Source of the DNA: Crocosphaera sp.
GTDB taxonomy: Bacteria; Cyanobacteriota; Cyanobacteriia; Cyanobacteriales; Microcystaceae
Assembly: GCA_030064935.1 (NCBI GenBank)
Contig: JASJEA010000090.1
Location: forward strand, 1-20,563
Direction: 5' to 3'
Length of the DNA stretch: 20,563 nucleotides
Shown here: piece after piece, positions 16,886-20,563 of the stretch
Layout: every line of letters starts with the position of its first letter
Position numbering within the stretch: position 1 is the stretch's first letter
Notes under the pieces: model-generated
What the model was told of the DNA's origin: nothing
Databases searched by the model: none
What the model saw: the letters and a program-made list of their open reading frames with translations, nothing else
Position numbers and translations under genes: made by a program

Positions 16886-17305
16886 CTCTGGAAAATTTTC
16901 TAGAAATAATCCTCAATGAAACCGCATAGGCTACATTCTCTAACCAACTATTGCTATATAATCATCAATTCCAACTCGGAAACTTAAACATAAAAATCTG
17001 TGAGCGAGATAAGCTACCTCCGTGTCTTGAGTAAGTCTTACACTCTAGTTAGATAAAAATCTAATAGGTTAATAGGCGAAGACGTGGATTTATGCCGTCG
17101 GAGCTTGAGGAATAGAATCCATGTTGTTCACGGCGTGGAGACTGCAAAAAGCTTGAACCACGTCACCTCAAATCAACAAACACGGTTTTTTGGGGGAGGG
17201 TTAAGAGACTGCTGCTAAATTCTTACTCAATTATAGGACTCGACAACCGTATTGTGTTTCATCCAATCGGGATAGAAAGTCTGTCATCACTACAAGGAGA
17301 TTAAG

Positions 17306-18607
17306 TTGGTTAGCACAACATCATTGAAAACCACAAAATCGGAAGAAATTTTTGCTGCGGCACAGAAGTTAATGCCAGGGGGAGTAAGTTCTCCTGTTCG
17401 GGCATTTAAGTCTGTGGGTGGGCAACCTATCGTCTTTGAGCGAGTTGAAGGTGCTTATATTTGGGATGTCGATGGCAACGACTATATTGATTATGTAGGA
17501 ACCTGGGGACCTGCAATTTGTGGTCATGCTCATCCTGATGTCATCGCTGCGCTTCATCAAGCTTTAGACAAGGGAACCAGTTTTGGCGCACCCTGTGAGT
17601 TAGAAAATGTCCTAGCTCAGATGGTTATTGATGCTGTTCCTAGCATTGACATGGTGCGCTTTGTTAACTCAGGGACCGAAGCTTGTATGTCAGTGTTGCG
17701 CCTAATGCGTGCTTTTACAGGTCGAGACAAGATCATCAAGTTTGAAGGGTGTTATCACGGCCACGCCGATATGTTTTTAGTCAAGGCTGGCTCAGGGGTA
17801 GCAACTCTCGGTTTACCAGACTCTCCTGGGGTTCCTAAAACCACCACTGCTAATACCTTAACCGCACCTTACAATGACTTGGAAGCGGTTAAAGCTCTCT
17901 TTGCTGAAAATCCTGATGGGATTGCAGGGGTTATTTTAGAGCCCGTTGTCGGCAATTCGGGTTTTGTTGTCCCTGACGGGGGATTTTTAGAAGGTTTAAG
18001 AGAACTGACGAAGGAATACGGAGCTTTACTTGTTTTTGATGAAGTAATGACCGGTTTTCGTCTTTCTTATGGAGGGGCGCAACAAAAGTTTGGTGTCACC
18101 CCTGATTTAACCACCTTGGGTAAGGTCATTGGTGGCGGTTTACCTGTTGGTGCTTATGGTGGACGCAAGGATATTATGTCTATGGTGGCTCCCGCCGGGC
18201 CTATGTATCAAGCAGGGACTTTATCAGGTAATCCTTTAGCAATGACCGCAGGGATCAAAACCCTGGAATTGTTGCAAAAACCAGGAACCTACGATGCTTT
18301 GGAGAAAATTACCAAGCAATTGAGTGAAGGGTTGATTAAGGTGGCGCAGGATGCAGGCCATCAAGTTTGTGGCGGCTATGTAGGCGCAATGTTTGGCTTA
18401 TTCTTTACAGAAGGCCCGGTGCGTAACTACGATGATGCTAAGAAGTCTGATCTAAGTAAATTTGGTCGTTTTCATAGAGGAATGCTGGAAAGAGGTATTT
18501 ATCTTGCACCTTCTCAGTTTGAAGCTGGATTTACTTCTTTAGCTCACACAAGCGAACATATTGAGCGTACTTTAGCTGCTGCTAAAGATGTTCTCTCAAC
18601 TCTTTAA
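17306..18607 (+). CDS. hemL: Glutamate-1-semialdehyde 2,1-aminomutase
   Basis: 433 aa, near-collinear with Synechococcus GSAM ([38 protein letters not shown]...; PLP-Lys context [18 protein letters not shown]). TTG start with AGGAG 8 nt upstream. Homology supports this start. Confidence 0.97.
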   Translation: MVSTTSLKTTKSEEIFAAAQKLMPGGVSSPVRAFKSVGGQPIVFERVEGAYIWDVDGNDYIDYVGTWGPAICGHAHPDVIAALHQALDKGTSFGAPCELENVLAQMVIDAVPSIDMVRFVNSGTEACMSVLRLMRAFTGRDKIIKFEGCYHGHADMFLVKAGSGVATLGLPDSPGVPKTTTANTLTAPYNDLEAVKALFAENPDGIAGVILEPVVGNSGFVVPDGGFLEGLRELTKEYGALLVFDEVMTGFRLSYGGAQQKFGVTPDLTTLGKVIGGGLPVGAYGGRKDIMSMVAPAGPMYQAGTLSGNPLAMTAGIKTLELLQKPGTYDALEKITKQLSEGLIKVAQDAGHQVCGGYVGAMFGLFFTEGPVRNYDDAKKSDLSKFGRFHRGMLERGIYLAPSQFEAGFTSLAHTSEHIERTLAAAKDVLSTL

Positions 18608-18616
18608 ATTTCTCTT

Positions 18617-18658
18617 CTTGCAAAAGCCTTAAATCTCATATGGTCAGGCTTTTGCAAG
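18617..18658 (+). terminator. Hairpin downstream of hemL (13-bp perfect stem, 16-nt loop), probable terminator
   Basis: CTTGCAAAAGCCT (18617-18629) and AGGCTTTTGCAAG (18646-18658) are exact reverse complements, starting 10 nt after the hemL stop. No clean U-tract follows. Confidence 0.6.
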
Positions 18659-18734
18659 GGCATAATCTCTCACCTGGAATGCTGATAAAGTCAAGACTTT
18701 TATATAAAATGTAATGCTAACTGATCTAAAACAT

Positions 18735-18926
18735 GGTTTTATCTATTTTTAGACAGATTCCCATAGGTAAATATACAATTCCACTTTAGCATTTTTTGGA
18801 AAAAATACAAGCTCCAAATTTCCCCATATTTGGGCAAAATAAGCGAAAACAGATCATTGTAAACGAGTGTAAATTAATTTTAATAGCTTATCTTAATTTG
18901 TATTTCTATAAATTTAGGTTATTAAT
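18735..18926 (+). repeat. Direct repeat copy A (~192 bp), non-coding
   Basis: Aligns without gaps to 19592-19783 at a constant offset of 857 bp. My hand count gives 151 of 192 identical positions. Confidence 0.85.
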
Positions 18927-18994
18927 AGAGATTTGGTTTTTAGACAAACTACCCCTGTTGTTCATTAATAATATTTTGCATTTTCTCAATTAAA

Positions 18995-19147
18995 TCAGGG
19001 ATATATAATTGTAAAAGCCATCATCACTGATAAAATTTTCTCCTCATTTTGTTCAAACTCCTCAAAAGACACATTAATGGTTTGTTCTTGGATGATTTGC
19101 GCATATTTTAAAATATCCTCTAAAAAATCTTTCAAACTCTTTTTCAT
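18995..19147 (-). pseudogene. Truncated HEPN/DUF86-family toxin remnant (partner of the MNT nucleotidyltransferase)
   Basis: Its ATG overlaps the NTase TGA (ATGA). The 50-aa product MKKSLKDFLEDILKYAQIIQEQTINVSFEEFEQNEEKILSV... matches the N-terminal half of DUF86 proteins. The ORF stops early, and a shifted frame (PDLIEKMQNIINEQQG*) ends at 18949. No Rx4-6H motif is present in any frame. Confidence 0.5.
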
Positions 19148-19541
19148 AGATGAACTATCTCTTTAAGAACATTTTCACGAATATGTGGACGTAAACCACT
19201 TTTATGAATTAAATCTACTGGAGGACCGATTTTATCACTAATTAAATACTCAATTTCTACTAAATCAAATAAAGTTGGTACTTTTGAAAATTCCACTAGA
19301 ATATCAACATCACTATCTTTGGTTTGTTCTCCCCTCACATAAGACCCAAAAATCCCTAATTCACTTATCTTAAACTTTTCGACTAAAAAGGGCTTATAAG
19401 CGATTAAAATCTCTTTTATTTCTTCTAAGGTTTTAGTTTCAACTTGTTCTAATTCAAACTCAGAGGTAAGTTGTTCTATAAGACGTTTTTATCTTCTTGG
19501 GATAATTGTTTGGCTAATTCCATCACATCTTGTAAAGTCAT
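19144..19541 (-). pseudogene. MNT-type nucleotidyltransferase antitoxin (Pol-beta superfamily), interrupted by a 1-nt frameshift
   Basis: The downstream frame encodes ...ELGIFGSYVRGEQTKDSDVDILVEF... (the GSx10DxD NTase motif) but has no canonical start before GTG 19338, which lies inside the motif. An ATG at 19541 with SD AAGAGGA opens MTLQDVMELAKQLSQEDKNVL*. Adding one A to the A5 run (plus-strand T5 at 19486-19490) joins both frames into a ~132-aa protein. Confidence 0.72.
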
Positions 19542-19591
19542 AATTCCTCTTTTTATCTTAAATATTCCTTCTATTAAATGATGATTAGAAG

Positions 19592-19783
19592 CGTTATATC
19601 AATTTTTACACGGATTCCCACAAGTAACTCTACAATTACAGTTTAACATTTTTTGACAAAAATACAAGTTCCAAATTTCGTCATATTTAGCCAAAATTAA
19701 GGAAAAGTTATGTTTGTAACTGAGTGTAAATTAGTTGGAATAGCTTATATAAATCGTTTTTTCTATAATTTCAGGTTATTATT
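19592..19783 (+). repeat. Direct repeat copy B (~192 bp), non-coding
   Basis: See copy A. Lies between the NTase start (19541, minus) and the Phd-like antitoxin start (19872, plus). Confidence 0.85.
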
Positions 19784-19871
19784 GAATCCATCTCGAATAG
19801 ATACGCTTTGCAGTGAGCTAGAATATCTTATTTTTCTATATAATAGAAGAAGTAAGCTATTCATAAAAAAC

Positions 19872-20141
19872 ATGAAAACTGTTCAAGTTGATAAAATTAA
19901 CCCTAATATATTAAGACAGGAAAATGAACCGATAGCTATTGAACATAAAGGTAATTTATTAGGGTATTTCTACCCTGTATCCTATCAACCATCCTCCTCA
20001 GACATGACTGAGAAATGGGAAAAACTAGAGGAAATTATTGAGCAAGCAGCAAAAGAAAGTGATTTAGCTCCAGAGGTTTTAATAGATATTTTAGATCCAA
20101 GTCAACCTTTTCCCTTTGAATCAAAGTCAATGGTTTCATGA
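19872..20141 (+). CDS. Type II antitoxin, Phd/YefM-like (partner of the PIN toxin)
   Basis: 89 aa from the internal ATG (MKTVQVDKIN...PIAIEHKGNLLGYFYPV..., acidic C-terminus). The stop overlaps the PIN start by 4 nt (ATGA). The 54 upstream codons of track ORF 19710 fall inside repeat B and are probably not coding. Confidence 0.55.
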   Translation: MKTVQVDKINPNILRQENEPIAIEHKGNLLGYFYPVSYQPSSSDMTEKWEKLEEIIEQAAKESDLAPEVLIDILDPSQPFPFESKSMVS

Positions 20142-20563
20142 AATTGGTTGTAGATGCTAACATATTAGTCGGGGAATGTTTAAGAAAAAGAGGTAGAAAA
20201 TTACTCCAATCCCCTCAGTTAACACTTTATATTGCTGAAAAAGTCTTTGAGGAAACTTGTTATGAAATTAACCGCAGAACTGAAATTCTAGAACAACAGG
20301 GTAAACTAACAAAATCGACGAAAGAGGAGTTAATATTTTTAGTTGAAGATATCTTTTCTCACTATCTACACTTTAAAGAATTCTCTTTTTATTCTCATTT
20401 AGAAAGTGAGGCTAAAAAGCGAATTCCTAGAGATCCGAATGACTGGGAAACAGTCGCTTTAGCTATGGCACAAGAAGCAGCAATTTGGACAAATGATTAT
20501 GACTTTTTGGGTTGCGGATGTGCTACTTGGACAACAGAAACAATTTTACTTCAATTCAATTAA
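20138..20563 (+). CDS. PIN-domain ribonuclease toxin (VapC-like)
   Basis: 141 aa with an N-terminal MKLVVDANILV (first acidic PIN residue), E around 38-40, and WTNDYDF near the C-terminus. Translationally coupled to the upstream small antitoxin. The TAA stop is at the window edge. Confidence 0.8.
   Translation: MKLVVDANILVGECLRKRGRKLLQSPQLTLYIAEKVFEETCYEINRRTEILEQQGKLTKSTKEELIFLVEDIFSHYLHFKEFSFYSHLESEAKKRIPRDPNDWETVALAMAQEAAIWTNDYDFLGCGCATWTTETILLQFN

Noticed and set aside
17140-17170. 6S RNA assignment, based on a UUGAACCA string reminiscent of E. coli 6S, and riboswitch assignments (glutamine, TPP, cobalamin) for the hemL upstream region
   Set aside because: I saw only a short string match and none of the defining conserved cores (for example GGAAGUAGG, CUGAGA...ACCUGA, or the B12 box). 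I cannot confirm any of these without a covariance-model scan, so the region is left as an unassigned structured region.
18617-18658. Treating the hemL-downstream palindrome as a mobile-element end or the left boundary of the TA patch
   Set aside because: It is a single perfect hairpin directly after a stop codon, which is most simply a terminator. No second copy is present in the window.
18796-18993. 65-aa ORF in repeat A, and the first 54 codons of track ORF 19710..20141 in repeat B, which share ECKL..IAY.N..FY.FRLL
   Set aside because: The similarity is explained by the nucleotide repeat. Start codons are not conserved between copies, copy B has an in-frame TAA upstream, and mismatches show no third-position bias. 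The conservation also extends well upstream of both ORFs. I treat the repeat as non-coding.

Overview
AT-rich chromosomal window, almost certainly cyanobacterial. Clues read directly from the sequence: two HIP1 octamers (GCGATCGC at 7192-7199 and 9930-9937), several tandem heptamer (STRR-like) repeats, an Omp85/BamA with a long Pro/Ser/Glu-rich N-terminal extension, and a HemL nearly collinear with Synechococcus glutamate-1-semialdehyde aminomutase. Most of the window is housekeeping or envelope genes. In order: an MsbA-type ABC exporter (-); a divergent three-gene block (+) made of a PlsY-like membrane domain fused to an ATP-grasp/swivel-His phosphotransferase, a membrane-anchored Ig-like/TolB-like protein, and a DevB/HlyD-type membrane fusion protein; a minus-strand run of bamA, lpxC and a carotenoid cleavage oxygenase; a MerA/Lpd-family flavoprotein disulfide reductase; a SIMPL/DUF541 periplasmic protein; and hemL. 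The 3' end (18.7-20.6 kb) is an accessory toxin-antitoxin patch. It holds a decayed MNT/HEPN pair (frameshifted nucleotidyltransferase, truncated HEPN) bracketed by two ~192-bp direct repeats, followed by an apparently intact Phd-like antitoxin/PIN toxin pair. By eye I found no rRNA, tRNA, CRISPR array, transposase or integrase. I cannot demonstrate a clearly novel multi-gene system. The best candidates for follow-up are (i) the PlsY-like/RPH-like phosphotransferase fusion and its neighbours, (ii) the direct-repeat-bracketed TA cassette, and (iii) a structured, GC-richer non-coding stretch upstream of hemL. All domain calls rest on motif recognition by eye, not on searches.
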